Of a stretch of DNA of 64,000 nucleotides, positions 1 to 10,182 are shown piece by piece (within the stretch, counting starts at the first letter, position 1; each line of letters begins with the position of its first letter). Origin of the DNA: Eubacteriales bacterium (lineage in GTDB: Bacteria; Bacillota; Clostridia; Oscillospirales; CAG-272). The notes beneath the pieces were generated by a model, which made no database searches, was not told where the DNA came from, and saw only the letters and a program-made list of their open reading frames with translations. The stretch spans positions 21,478 to 85,477 of the forward strand of contig JAZNPB010000008.1 of assembly GCA_045589435.1 (NCBI GenBank). The letters run 5' to 3'. The position numbers were made by a program, and so were the translations under genes.

Positions 1-2280
1 TACGAGCTTGCGGAGGAAATAAAGCTTGACAAAAACATCAAGCATACCATTGAGATAGTAATAGACCGACTTGTTAACAGGGATGACATTCGCTCCAGAC
101 TTTCCGACTCTGTGGAGAGCGCGCTGAAGATAGCAGATCGCAGAGTAAAGATACTCACAATGCCAAGAGATGGCAGCGACGGTGAGCTTCTTGAATTTTC
201 TGAAAAATACGCTTGCGAGGAGCATGGAATAAGCTTTCCGGAGCTTGAGCCAAGAATGTTTTCCTTTAACAATCCCATCGGCGCTTGTCCAAGGTGCGCA
301 GGTATAGGAAACAGCCAGATGATAGCCGTTCCAAAGCTCATACCAAACAAAAATCTTTCACTTCGCGACGGTGGAATCGCGGTAAACGGCTTTAAAACCC
401 TTACAGAGGACTCATGGACAGGCCCTCTTGTGGCAGCTGTGGGCGAAGATTTTGGATTCACCCTTGATATGCCGCTGAAGGATTTTTCCGATGAGGCTAT
501 GCAGGCGCTGATGTTTGGAGCAGGCCCTAAAAAATACACAGTTCGCCGCTATTTCGGTGGTGAGGGCAGAGATCAGACAACGTCCTTTGACGGTATCGTT
601 CACATGATAGAAAAGCGCATGAAAATGATGGGTGGAGATTACTATCAGCAGTTCGTTGAGGAGATCGACTGTCCTTCCTGCCGCGGTAGAAGACTTTCAG
701 ATATGGTGCTTGGCGTAACGGTCGAAGGACTTAATATCGACGAGATCTGTCATCTTTCTATTGAGAAAATGCTGGAGTTCGTCAATGATCTTAAGCTTAA
801 CGAAACCGAGGAAAAGATCGCAAAAGAGGTATTGAAAGAGATCCGTGAGCGACTTAACTTTCTCATTAGTGTAGGTCTTGATTACCTGAATCTTGCAAGA
901 ACTGCAGGAACCCTTTCAGGCGGTGAAGCACAGCGAATACGTCTTGCAACCCAGATAGGTTCATCTCTTACGGGGGTGCTCTATATTCTCGATGAGCCTA
1001 GCATCGGTCTTCATCAGCGAGATAACGGTAAGCTTATCGGAACTCTCAAGCGTCTTCGTGACCTTGGCAACAGCGTTATAGTGGTTGAGCATGACGAGGA
1101 TACGATGCGTGAGGCAGACCACATTATCGATATAGGACCCGGTGCCGGAATTCACGGTGGTGAGGTGGTTGCAGAGGGCTCTCCCGAGGAGGTTGCAAAA
1201 AATTGTACGTCCATTACGGCAGACTATCTATCAGGACGTCGCGTAATAGCTGTTCCAAAGGAAAGACGCCCGGGTAACGGAGCAAAGCTCACTATCCTCG
1301 GTGCAAGAGAAAACAACTTAAAGAATATAGACGTGGAGATTCCTCTTGGAACGTTTACGGCAGTAACGGGGGTTTCGGGAAGTGGTAAGTCCTCGCTGAT
1401 TAATTCTATATTATATAGAACCCTTGCCCGTGATCTTAACCGTGCAATAACCTACCCCGGAAAGCATGATGTGGTAACCGGACTTGAGCATCTCGATAAG
1501 GTCATAGCCATTGACCAGAGCCCTATCGGAAGAACTCCAAGATCGAATCCTGCTACCTATACAGGCCTTTTCACCGACATCAGAAATCTCTTTGCAGATA
1601 CTCGTGATGCCAAGGCAAAAGGCTATGATGCAGGCAGATTCTCATTTAATATCCGAGGTGGCAGATGCGAGGCGTGCGAGGGCGACGGTGTAAAATGTAT
1701 CGAGATGAATTTCTTGCCTGACGTTTACGTCAAGTGCGACGTCTGCGATGGGAAACGTTACAATCGCGATACTCTAGATATAAAATACAAGGGTAAAAAT
1801 ATCTATGATGTTCTTGAGATGTCGGTTGAAGAGGGACTTGTTTTCTTCGACGGGCTGCCATCTATAAGACGAAAGCTGCAGACCCTCTTTGACGTTGGAC
1901 TTGGTTACATCAAGATCGGTCAGTCATCCACGACTTTGTCAGGTGGAGAAGCGCAGAGAGTCAAACTAGCAACCGAGCTTTCGAAGCGTTCAACAGGTAA
2001 AACAATATACATTCTCGACGAGCCTACTACGGGTCTTCATACCGAGGACGTGGCAAAGCTTATCAGTATTCTTCAGCGTCTTTGTGACGGTGGAAACACC
2101 GTGGTTGTTATCGAGCATAATCTTGATCTTATCAAAACCTGCGACTACATTATAGACCTTGGCCCCGAGGGTGGCGACAGAGGTGGAACACTTGTGGCGT
2201 CGGGTACTCCGGAGCAGGTAGCAGAGAATGAAAGGTCTTACACAGGTCAATTTCTCCGTCAGAAGTTAGGCATGAAATAA
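1..2280 (+). CDS. uvrA: Excinuclease ABC subunit A (UvrA), 5' end outside window
   Basis: Frame 1 is open from nt 1 (YELAEEIKLDKNIKHTIEIVIDRLV...) into the 112..2280 ORF. Two ABC signature/Walker B blocks (LSGGEAQRIRLATQIGS..LYILDEPSIGLH; LSGGEAQRVKLATELSK..IYILDEPTTGLH). Walker A GVSGSGKSS. Cys-rich fingers (CPSCRGRR; CEACEGDG..CDVCDGKR). Confidence 0.95.
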   Translation, partial: YELAEEIKLDKNIKHTIEIVIDRLVNRDDIRSRLSDSVESALKIADRRVKILTMPRDGSDGELLEFSEKYACEEHGISFPELEPRMFSFNNPIGACPRCAGIGNSQMIAVPKLIPNKNLSLRDGGIAVNGFKTLTEDSWTGPLVAAVGEDFGFTLDMPLKDFSDEAMQALMFGAGPKKYTVRRYFGGEGRDQTTSFDGIVHMIEKRMKMMGGDYYQQFVEEIDCPSCRGRRLSDMVLGVTVEGLNIDEICHLSIEKMLEFVNDLKLNETEEKIAKEVLKEIRERLNFLISVGLDYLNLARTAGTLSGGEAQRIRLATQIGSSLTGVLYILDEPSIGLHQRDNGKLIGTLKRLRDLGNSVIVVEHDEDTMREADHIIDIGPGAGIHGGEVVAEGSPEEVAKNCTSITADYLSGRRVIAVPKERRPGNGAKLTILGARENNLKNIDVEIPLGTFTAVTGVSGSGKSSLINSILYRTLARDLNRAITYPGKHDVVTGLEHLDKVIAIDQSPIGRTPRSNPATYTGLFTDIRNLFADTRDAKAKGYDAGRFSFNIRGGRCEACEGDGVKCIEMNFLPDVYVKCDVCDGKRYNRDTLDIKYKGKNIYDVLEMSVEEGLVFFDGLPSIRRKLQTLFDVGLGYIKIGQSSTTLSGGEAQRVKLATELSKRSTGKTIYILDEPTTGLHTEDVAKLISILQRLCDGGNTVVVIEHNLDLIKTCDYIIDLGPEGGDRGGTLVASGTPEQVAENERSYTGQFLRQKLGMK

Positions 2281-2322
2281 CTTATAAAATGATAACAATT
2301 ATTTGCATATTGAGGGAAAAAC

Positions 2323-2874
2323 ATGTATTACGGCAATATTAAAAAATTTGATATATCAAATGGAGAGGGTATCAGAACCAGCCTATTTGTCAGCGGATGC
2401 ACCAATAGATGTAAAAATTGCTTTCAGCCTGAAACATGGGATTTTTGCTACGGCAAGCCCTTTACTGAGGACGTGTGGGGGGAAATATTTGACTCTATGA
2501 AGATCCCATCTGTCAGGGGGCTGACTGTTCTTGGAGGTGAGCCTATGGAGGTGGAAAACCAAAGAGCATTGCTTCCGTTTTTGCGAGAATTTAAGGCAAG
2601 ATTCCCTGGCAAAGATCTCTGGATATTCACAGGTAATCTCTACGAGGAGCTGACAGACTCCAATATGAACCACCCAAAGCGGATAGAGGTGACAGACGAG
2701 CTTTTATCTCTTGTTGATATACTTGTTGACGGTAGATTTGAAGAAGATAAAAAACGTCTTGGGCTCAGATTCCGCGGATCCGAAAATCAGAGAATCATTG
2801 ATATGAACGAAACACGAGCTGCGGGAGAGATCGTCATTTGGAGTGGCGTAGAGTTTGACAAGACGTACAACTAA
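2323..2874 (+). CDS. nrdG: Anaerobic ribonucleoside-triphosphate reductase activating protein (radical SAM)
   Basis: NrdG-type N-terminus MYYGNIKKFDISNGEGIRTSLFVSGC followed by the CxxxCxxC cluster motif (CTNRCKNCFQPETW). RBS gaggga upstream. No nrdD in the window. Confidence 0.85.
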   Translation: MYYGNIKKFDISNGEGIRTSLFVSGCTNRCKNCFQPETWDFCYGKPFTEDVWGEIFDSMKIPSVRGLTVLGGEPMEVENQRALLPFLREFKARFPGKDLWIFTGNLYEELTDSNMNHPKRIEVTDELLSLVDILVDGRFEEDKKRLGLRFRGSENQRIIDMNETRAAGEIVIWSGVEFDKTYN

Positions 2875-2887
2875 AAAGGAAATAATA

Positions 2888-3322
2888 ATGAAACTTAATA
2901 TCAAAAAACTTGATGAAAATGCGAAAATTCCCACCTATGGAACGGAGTTTTCTGCCGGTGCGGATCTCTATAATCTCGGCTGCACGGTGAACATTCCTCC
3001 TCATGAAACGGTGCTTATCCATACGGGTATAGCTTTGGAGATTCCCGAAGGATATTGCGGACTTATCTTTGCTAGAAGCGGTCTTGCTACCAAGCGTGGA
3101 CTTGCCCCTGCCAATAAAGTCGGCGTTATCGATGCAGACTATCGCGGCGAGGTTATGGTTGCATTGCACAATCATAGCGAAATCAGCGCCGAGGTATCAC
3201 CGTTTGAACGCGTGGCACAGCTTGCGATCGTTCCTTTTCTCCACGCGGATTTCTCCGTGGTAGACGAACTTTCCGATACTGTTCGCGGCGCAGGTGGCTT
3301 TGGTTCCACCGGAGAAAAATAG
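2888..3322 (+). CDS. dut: dUTP diphosphatase
   Basis: dUTPase motifs AGADLY, GVIDADYRGEV and C-terminal RGAGGFGSTG. The start is moved to ATG 2888 (MKLNIKKLDENAKIP), which has RBS aaaagga 8 nt upstream. The ORF-track start 2855 overlaps nrdG. Confidence 0.9.
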   Translation: MKLNIKKLDENAKIPTYGTEFSAGADLYNLGCTVNIPPHETVLIHTGIALEIPEGYCGLIFARSGLATKRGLAPANKVGVIDADYRGEVMVALHNHSEISAEVSPFERVAQLAIVPFLHADFSVVDELSDTVRGAGGFGSTGEK

Positions 3323-3360
3323 CAGACCGATTAACATAATTCATTTTAATTTAAATAACA

Positions 3361-3410
3361 AAAACCACTTAAAATGCCAAGTAATATTGACAAATTAAGT
3401 GGTTTTTCTA
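3361..3410. terminator. Bidirectional intrinsic terminator between dut and the convergent pseudouridine synthase gene
   Basis: aaaaccacttaa (3361-3372) pairs with ttaagtggtttt (3396-3407). A T-run follows on both strands. Confidence 0.6.
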
Positions 3411-4370
3411 TTAAAAGTAATCTTTTGTGAAATAGATATCTTTCTTTGGGATCTTGAATTCTTTACCTGAAAGATAGTCAAGTTCGGTAGGATTTTGGGT
3501 ATCGAAGCTGAATTTTAACCTATATGAGCAAAGCGCCTGATACTTATATCCACGAGCTCTGTCTTCTCGGTTGACACCGTATTTTCCGTCACCTACAAGT
3601 GGGTGTCCTACATGAGCCATATGGGCTCTGATCTGATGGGTTCTGCCTGTCAGAAGCTCCACCTCGATTAGGGAGGTTTCCTTTGCTTTGGCTATCACCT
3701 GATATTTTGTGATGATCTCTTTGGCACCGTTTTTCGGATCATGATCCCACACGCGGACAGTGTTGTTTTTCTCGTCTTTTTTCAGGTATCCTCGGATGGT
3801 AGCTGCCTCAGGCTTTGGAATTCCGTGGACGGCGGCAAGATAGAATTTATCGATCTCATGAAGCTTTATCTTTTCGTTCATAACGCGAAGCGCCATAGCA
3901 TTCTTCGCAGCGATAACGATTCCGCCCGTGTTCCTATCGATTCGGTTGCACAGGGCAGGAGCGAAGCTTTGCTCATCGTCGGGATTATACTCGCCCTTGT
4001 CGAAAAGATACGCCTGAATGTGGGTGATGAGAGTGTTCGTGGATCCCTTTTCGTCCTCATGCACAGAAATGCCCGGGCGCTTGTTCAGAAGCATAATATT
4101 TTCATCTTCATAAACTATATCTAAATGGTGAGTAACATTTTCGAAAGTCTTTTTGGTGACCTTCTTCTCAAAAAACTCCTCGGGCAAAAAGCACTGGATA
4201 GTATCTCCCTCGGATAGTTTATCAGATATCTCCGCTCTTTTGCGATTGAGCTTTATTTTCTTTGTTCTGATGGATTTGTAGAGCAGGCTCATAGGTAGAT
4301 CAAGGGTCTTTGTAATAAACTTATCAAGCCTTTGTCCCGCATCATTTTTTCTAACCTTCAGTTCGCGCAT
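3411..4370 (-). CDS. RluA-family (RluD-like) 23S rRNA pseudouridine synthase
   Basis: N-terminal S4-like segment (GQRLDKFITK..SIRTKKIKLN). Catalytic-Asp motif NRIDRNTGGIVIAAK. C-terminal GRTHQIRAHMAHVGHPLVGDGKYG. Confidence 0.85.
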   Translation of the reverse strand: MRELKVRKNDAGQRLDKFITKTLDLPMSLLYKSIRTKKIKLNRKRAEISDKLSEGDTIQCFLPEEFFEKKVTKKTFENVTHHLDIVYEDENIMLLNKRPGISVHEDEKGSTNTLITHIQAYLFDKGEYNPDDEQSFAPALCNRIDRNTGGIVIAAKNAMALRVMNEKIKLHEIDKFYLAAVHGIPKPEAATIRGYLKKDEKNNTVRVWDHDPKNGAKEIITKYQVIAKAKETSLIEVELLTGRTHQIRAHMAHVGHPLVGDGKYGVNREDRARGYKYQALCSYRLKFSFDTQNPTELDYLSGKEFKIPKKDIYFTKDYF

Positions 4371-4376
4371 AACTAA

Positions 4377-5018
<642 letters not shown>

Positions 5019-5119
5019 TTAAAAGTGTAATTTTTTACTTAAATTGTAGCACATTTTGGCAAAAAATTCAATAGAATTGTAAATAGTTTTTCTGAAAATA
5101 AGAGATTTTTCTCCCAATG

Positions 5120-5148
5120 TTGACAAAAAATCGGTTTTGTAGTATAAT
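5120..5148 (+). promoter_or_regulatory. Sigma-A-type promoter for the nucleotidyltransferase gene
   Basis: TTGACA (5120-5125), 17-nt spacer, TATAAT (5143-5148), about 34 nt before ATG 5182. Confidence 0.55.
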
Positions 5149-5181
5149 AAATCTATAAAATCAAAAGAAAGAAGACATTTT

Positions 5182-6093
5182 ATGAAAAAACCAAGTCTTG
5201 TAATTATGGCAGCGGGCATGGGATCGCGCTATGGTGGACTTAAACAGATAGATTCAATAGATCCTTTTGGTCATACTATCATTGACTATTCGATATACGA
5301 TGCGATTGAGGCAGGCTTCGACGAGATCACTTTTGTAATTAAAGAAGCTATAAGAGAGGATTTTCTTGCAGTAATGGAGCCTCATCTTAAGGGAAAGCCC
5401 ATAAAGGTAAACTATGTTTATCAGGAGCTTGACAAGCTGCCGCATGGTTTTTCAGTACCAAAAGACAGAACAAAGCCTTGGGGAACGGCACACGCAGTGC
5501 TGTGCTGCAAAGACGTAATAGAAGGTCCATTCGCTGTAATCAATGCTGACGATTACTACGGTAAAAGCGCATTCAAAACTATCTATAAATTCCTCTCAGA
5601 GCTGCCTGACGATAGCGAATATAGCTATGCCATGGTAGGCTATAGAATAAAGAACACAGTAAGCCCTAAAGGGACTGTATCCAGAGGTGTTTGCAAGCAA
5701 AATGAAAGCGGAGAGCTTACCGAAATAATAGAGCGTACAAGGATCATTCCGGAGGACGAAAAAATCGTGTTCTATGAGGGGGATAACAGGGAAGAGCTTG
5801 ATCCCGATACTCTTGTTTCAATGAACTTCTGGGGATTTGATCCATCATTCATCCGCGAGTGTGAAAGTCGATTTGTAAGCTTCCTCGAAACAGCAGTCAA
5901 AGAAGATCCTGAAAAGGGAGAGTTCTATCTTCCAAAAGTGGTTGCTTCGCTGATCGCTGAGGGAGCTGCAAAAGTGCAGGTGCTTGAGAGCTATGACCGC
6001 TGGTACGGCGTTACTCACAAAGAAGATCATGCAGATGTAGCGAGAGCGTTTACACAGATGCTTGATAAGGGGATTTATCCTAAAATATTATAA
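5182..6093 (+). CDS. Sugar-phosphate nucleotidyltransferase family protein
   Basis: N-terminal nucleotide-binding loop LVIMAAGMGSRYGGLKQ and a GT-A-like INADDYYG segment. Specific substrate not assignable. Confidence 0.6.
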   Translation: MKKPSLVIMAAGMGSRYGGLKQIDSIDPFGHTIIDYSIYDAIEAGFDEITFVIKEAIREDFLAVMEPHLKGKPIKVNYVYQELDKLPHGFSVPKDRTKPWGTAHAVLCCKDVIEGPFAVINADDYYGKSAFKTIYKFLSELPDDSEYSYAMVGYRIKNTVSPKGTVSRGVCKQNESGELTEIIERTRIIPEDEKIVFYEGDNREELDPDTLVSMNFWGFDPSFIRECESRFVSFLETAVKEDPEKGEFYLPKVVASLIAEGAAKVQVLESYDRWYGVTHKEDHADVARAFTQMLDKGIYPKIL

Positions 6094-6125
6094 AAACCAA
6101 CATTTGGTAAATAAAAGTTAACAAA

Positions 6126-6176
6126 ATAGCAGGTTTTGCGAGGAAGATGATCTTTTGCGACCTGCTGTTTTTTTGT
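6126..6176 (+). terminator. Probable intrinsic terminator
   Basis: agcaggt (6126-6132) pairs with acctgct (6158-6164). The loop holds an inner aagat/atctt stem. Followed by gtttttttgttgtttt. Confidence 0.45.
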
Positions 6177-6775
6177 TGTTTTGGAAGGGTGTGTGCAATA
6201 TATGGGGGAGAGAAACACGTTAAAATAACAAGGGGAAACATTCAGCAAACTGATCAAATAATCTAGACTTTAAGCAGAGAACCATGAAAATCAAAGCGTG
6301 GTGACTAATGCGAGAAAAGAGATGAAAAGAGGTATGTAGATGAGTAAAAGCTTGTAGATCAGTCAATAATCTACATAGTATGGTAATTACATAGTATAAT
6401 ATTCACGGTCGAACATATAAAATACGACATATTCGCACAAATTACGAATATATTGTGCCTAAAAATAAGAATGACAAATCAGAATTTTGCTCGACTTAAC
6501 GGTAAAAAATACAACTGGAACAAAGTTAGTAAAATGTGCAAAAATACACAAGTTTTAAAAAAGAATGAAAACGGAAAAATCTGAATTTTCATCAAAAAAC
6601 AGCAGAAATGTAAACAAAAGATTACACGCCTCGAAAACGCCGAAAAAGGCAATTTTAAGGCTCGTTTTAGGTACAAAAAACTACCGAAATTCTCCAAAGA
6701 AAAATTGAATTAAACATGCTTAAAATTGACTTAAAAATCAACGTAGAAATTTGCAACTTTGCTTAAAAAAACCGT

Positions 6776-6910
6776 AAAAAGTGGCGAAATGTAAATATAA
6801 CTAGTCAAAAATGTGGTAAAAGTGGTTGAATTTAACTTTGGACTCGTTCTGTAGTTTAATTGTGCCTCTATTCAATTTTTGTGGTAATATTACCCAAAAA
6901 GTGGTAAATC
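6776..6910 (+). promoter_or_regulatory. Direct array of five AAA(A/T)GTGG(T/C)(A/G/T)AA boxes upstream of the operon promoter
   Basis: GTGG cores at 6781, 6813, 6822, 6881 and 6901, all on the + strand: aaaaaGTGGCGAAAT, aaaaTGTGGTAAAA, aaaaGTGGTTGAAT, tttttGTGGTAATAT, aaaaaGTGGTAAATC. Confidence 0.35.
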
Positions 6911-6953
6911 ATGGCAAATTACAAAATTGTTTCTTAAACTTTATTAAATTTCC

Positions 6954-6982
6954 TTGCAATTCACTAAATAATATGATATAAT
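6954..6982 (+). promoter_or_regulatory. Near-consensus extended -10 promoter heading the giant-protein gene string
   Basis: TTGCAA (6954-6959), 17-nt spacer ending in TGa, TATAAT (6977-6982). About 65 nt before the RBS aaaggagag and ATG 7048. Confidence 0.6.
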
Positions 6983-7047
6983 TTCGGCAACCCAAGCAAT
7001 ATTTTATTATATATCGCGTGGTAAGTTTTAATGAAAGGAGAGTATAA

Positions 7048-7545
7048 ATGTCACTTGTTTTTTTGGCCATCTCGATCTTTTTGCTTGATCGAATTCGGCA
7101 AACAGCTTTTTCAAAAGGCAAACGACAATTTTTATCAAAGCAAACGACGGATAAATTAAAGTGGTTCACTATCATCGCAGACCTTCTGCTATTCTCAGCG
7201 TTGTGTGTGAAATACATACTCTCTTCAGTTGAACCTTTCCTCCTGTATTTCGTAATTAATACGGAGGACATCCTAACGTCAGATGCCTTGACCTTGGCGC
7301 GTGGAGCACTTCAGTTTATTAGTACTCTTGAAACACCGCCTTTGGAATTCGCGTTTATTACGTTTATCCTTCTAGCTTACTTTGCAGCAATGATCGCACC
7401 CGGTGTTCTAATAGTATGCAGTTATTGCAGCGAGGAGCTATCACAAACCCCCTACCGCGATATCCTTCAATCGGGAGTGGAGAAGCCTCCCGAAATTTAT
7501 CCTAAGGAAAAGCTTTATTTGAAGCTTTGCCACCTCAGGAATTAA
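7048..7545 (+). CDS. Hypothetical small membrane protein
   Basis: Strong RBS (aaaggagag). Three or four hydrophobic helices (MSLVFLAISIFLL; WFTIIADLLLFSALCV; FAFITFILLAYFAAMIAPGVLIV). No recognisable family. Confidence 0.55.
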   Translation: MSLVFLAISIFLLDRIRQTAFSKGKRQFLSKQTTDKLKWFTIIADLLLFSALCVKYILSSVEPFLLYFVINTEDILTSDALTLARGALQFISTLETPPLEFAFITFILLAYFAAMIAPGVLIVCSYCSEELSQTPYRDILQSGVEKPPEIYPKEKLYLKLCHLRN

Positions 7546-7648
7546 ATCGCCATGCCGCATAAGCTACAAATCATTATCGCGGTAAGCGGGAATTATTTTT
7601 CCACAGGCGTTGAAAACTTAGTTACTAAAAAAATAAAAATAAATTTTT

Positions 7649-7677
7649 GCTGCGGTATCAAAATTGATAACCACAGC
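7649..7677 (+). promoter_or_regulatory. Imperfect hairpin / inverted repeat abutting the ABC ATPase RBS
   Basis: gctgcggtatcaa AA ttgataaccacagc, with inner arms TATCAA-N2-TTGATA. No U-tract. Ends 3 nt before aggag (7681-7685). Confidence 0.25.
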
Positions 7678-7691
7678 ACCAGGAGTTTAAC

Positions 7692-8423
7692 ATGTTAGTT
7701 GAAATCAGAAATCTCGGCAAAAAGTATCATGCGAAAGCAAACTATGCTGTTCGCGACATCAACATCGTAGGTAACGAGGGTGAGATCATCGGTATCCTCG
7801 GTCATAACGGTGCTGGTAAGTCCACAACCATCAAGTGCATCACGGGTATGCACCCCTACGAGGAGGGCTCGATCAGAATTGCAGGCTACGATCTTTCAAA
7901 GAACCCCATCGGCGCAAAGCAGAACTTCGGTTACGTAAGTGATGAGCACATTCTCTTTGAGAAGATGACAGGTCAGGAATACGTTGACTTTATGGGCGAC
8001 ATCTACGGCGTTCCCGTAAAAGCACGTAAGGAACGCGTGAAAAAGTTCCAGAACATCTTCCAGCTCGGTGATTCTATCTACAAGCCAATTTCCTCTTATT
8101 CACACGGTATGAAGCAGAAGATCTCCCTTATGGGCGCGCTCATACATAATCCAAAGGTATTTATCCTTGACGAGCCTATGGTAGGTCTTGACCCCTATAC
8201 CGCAAACGCACTTAGAAACTACTTCAGAGAACACGCATCAAACGGAAACCTCGTATTGTTCTCCTCCCACAACCTTGACACCGTTGAGAAGCTTTGTGAC
8301 AGAGTATACATCATCGACCAGGGTAAGATCCTTAAGGAAATTAATATGAGAGAATTCAAGCGTACAGGCAGAAACTTTGAAAGTTACTTCCTTGCTATTA
8401 CCAGGAGAGTTGCAAAGGTATGA
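7692..8423 (+). CDS. ABC transporter ATP-binding protein
   Basis: Walker A GHNGAGKST, signature-like YSHGMKQKISL, Walker B VFILDEP, H-loop SSHNLD. Confidence 0.9.
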   Translation: MLVEIRNLGKKYHAKANYAVRDINIVGNEGEIIGILGHNGAGKSTTIKCITGMHPYEEGSIRIAGYDLSKNPIGAKQNFGYVSDEHILFEKMTGQEYVDFMGDIYGVPVKARKERVKKFQNIFQLGDSIYKPISSYSHGMKQKISLMGALIHNPKVFILDEPMVGLDPYTANALRNYFREHASNGNLVLFSSHNLDTVEKLCDRVYIIDQGKILKEINMREFKRTGRNFESYFLAITRRVAKV

Positions 8424-10135
8424 GACAATTTTTAATACTTTTTAAACATGAGTTCAGGATGCAGTTCCCTCAGAAGAAGAAGGACCGCATGGACGTGATC
8501 GGCATGGCTCTGTCGGTTTTGATAACCCTGCTGATTCTTGGCGTATTCGTTTATCTGCTTTCTACTATAGCAGAAAACTACGTTACCATTAAGATCTTTG
8601 ATGAAAGACTTAATGCAATTACAAGCAACCCCAGTCAAAGAGCTGTTGAGTTGCTGAACGTTATCTACACAGGCATTATAGTTGCTCTTGGCGCGATGAT
8701 GCTTGAAAAGATGAGATCTACTCTCGCTCGTCAGCGTGATAAAGTACTGTTCTTGAGAATGCCTCTGCAGCAGCAGACTATATTCCTCAGCAAGCTTGCA
8801 ACACTTCTTATCTCCAACTATCTGACAGCATTGATTCTCATCGTTCCGATCAACATGATATTCTTCTTTGCTTTGAAGCCCGGCATGATGTTCTGGCTCT
8901 ACACCATTATCATCTGGCTCCTTCTTCCAATGGTATCATTCCTGATCGCCAGCGTGCTTTTGGTTCCTTACATTAAAATTGTAGAGTTCGTAAGCACAAG
9001 ATATTTCGTAATGTTCCTCGTTTTCACAGGCGCTCTTGTAGGTTCATTCCTCATCTACGCTGAGATCCTCGAGGTTATTCAGGAGCTTCTTGAAACAGGA
9101 TCTATAAAGTTCCTCTTTAACGATGAATTCATTAAGACACTCCAGCTTCTGATGGATATTACTTATCCTGCAAACTGCTTCGCTTACATAGCAGTTGGTA
9201 GATTCCTTGGAGTTTCCCTTGGAGTTACCGTTTCTTTGGCAGTTATCGCAGTATTCGTAGTATACTTCGTTTCAAAGCAGCTCTACTACATCACACTTTA
9301 TAAGAATGAAAGCCAGAAGAAGGTAAGAAGAAAGCTTCACGCGATCTTCAGAACAACGAAGTTCGCAGCGCTCATCCGTAAAGAGTTCATCTCCGTATTC
9401 CGCGAGCCCCAGAACTTGTTCTCCTACTTTGCAATTGCAACAGCGATGCCCGTTATGGTTTACTCCTGTTATACACTGTTCGAGTCACTTATCCAGAACG
9501 CACTTGGCTTTAACATCAGCTTTGCACTTGCCCTTATAGTAATTCTTATTTTCAGCATTTTGACTAACACCTTCTGTGCAACCAACGTTTCCCGTGACGG
9601 TGAGTTGGCGCTCAAGGTAAAGATGTTCCCTGTAAGAGCTTCCAAGCTCCTCTTTGCAAAGGTATTCTTCTGTAGCATAGTAAGCTCGCTCTCCGTTTTC
9701 GGCAGCTGTGCGCTTCTCTACGTTGCAAAGGTACATTTCAATGCGGCGGATCAGATCCTTGTAGCACCTATAGATCTTGCGGTGATCACAGTTGTTGGCA
9801 TCGTATTCTCACTTTCACATATCTTCGTGGCAACAAGACTTGACCTTAACCACGCAAAGGTAATGGCTTCTCCTCAGGAGATCGAAGAAGAGAGCAGCAG
9901 AACCATCGCAAAGACTGTATTTATCGGTCTTATCCTTGCTATTCTTGCCGGCGCATCCTCCTTGCTTGTAACAGTATTCGCAAATACAGGCATTATTGAG
10001 AAGTACATTGGTATTACACTCAGTCCGGAATATGCATATTATCTTCCTATCGGAATTGTAGGAGCGTATTTCCTCATCTCACTTGTTTACTACTTCTTCC
10101 TTATCGAGAGAAAGTACAGAAAGCTCGTAAGATAA
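8420..10135 (+). CDS. Fused ABC-2-like permease / polytopic membrane protein (about 12 TM)
   Basis: Start ATG overlaps the ATPase stop (ATGA at 8420-8423). Two hydrophobic halves, each opening with a basic-EF motif (LFKHEFRMQF; LIRKEFISVFREPQNLF). Confidence 0.7.
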   Translation: MRQFLILFKHEFRMQFPQKKKDRMDVIGMALSVLITLLILGVFVYLLSTIAENYVTIKIFDERLNAITSNPSQRAVELLNVIYTGIIVALGAMMLEKMRSTLARQRDKVLFLRMPLQQQTIFLSKLATLLISNYLTALILIVPINMIFFFALKPGMMFWLYTIIIWLLLPMVSFLIASVLLVPYIKIVEFVSTRYFVMFLVFTGALVGSFLIYAEILEVIQELLETGSIKFLFNDEFIKTLQLLMDITYPANCFAYIAVGRFLGVSLGVTVSLAVIAVFVVYFVSKQLYYITLYKNESQKKVRRKLHAIFRTTKFAALIRKEFISVFREPQNLFSYFAIATAMPVMVYSCYTLFESLIQNALGFNISFALALIVILIFSILTNTFCATNVSRDGELALKVKMFPVRASKLLFAKVFFCSIVSSLSVFGSCALLYVAKVHFNAADQILVAPIDLAVITVVGIVFSLSHIFVATRLDLNHAKVMASPQEIEEESSRTIAKTVFIGLILAILAGASSLLVTVFANTGIIEKYIGITLSPEYAYYLPIGIVGAYFLISLVYYFFLIERKYRKLVR

Positions 10136-10182
10136 TCCGGCACAATAAAATATTTTTAAGTAATTGAAGGAGTTTGGTTATT

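Noticed and set aside
6479-7271. ORFs 6479..6697 (-) and 6909..7271 (-) in the AT-rich upstream region.
   Set aside because: Neither has an RBS, and both are low-complexity Phe/Lys/Leu-rich. The second overlaps the promoter and the 5' end of the well-supported 7048..7545 gene on the opposite strand.
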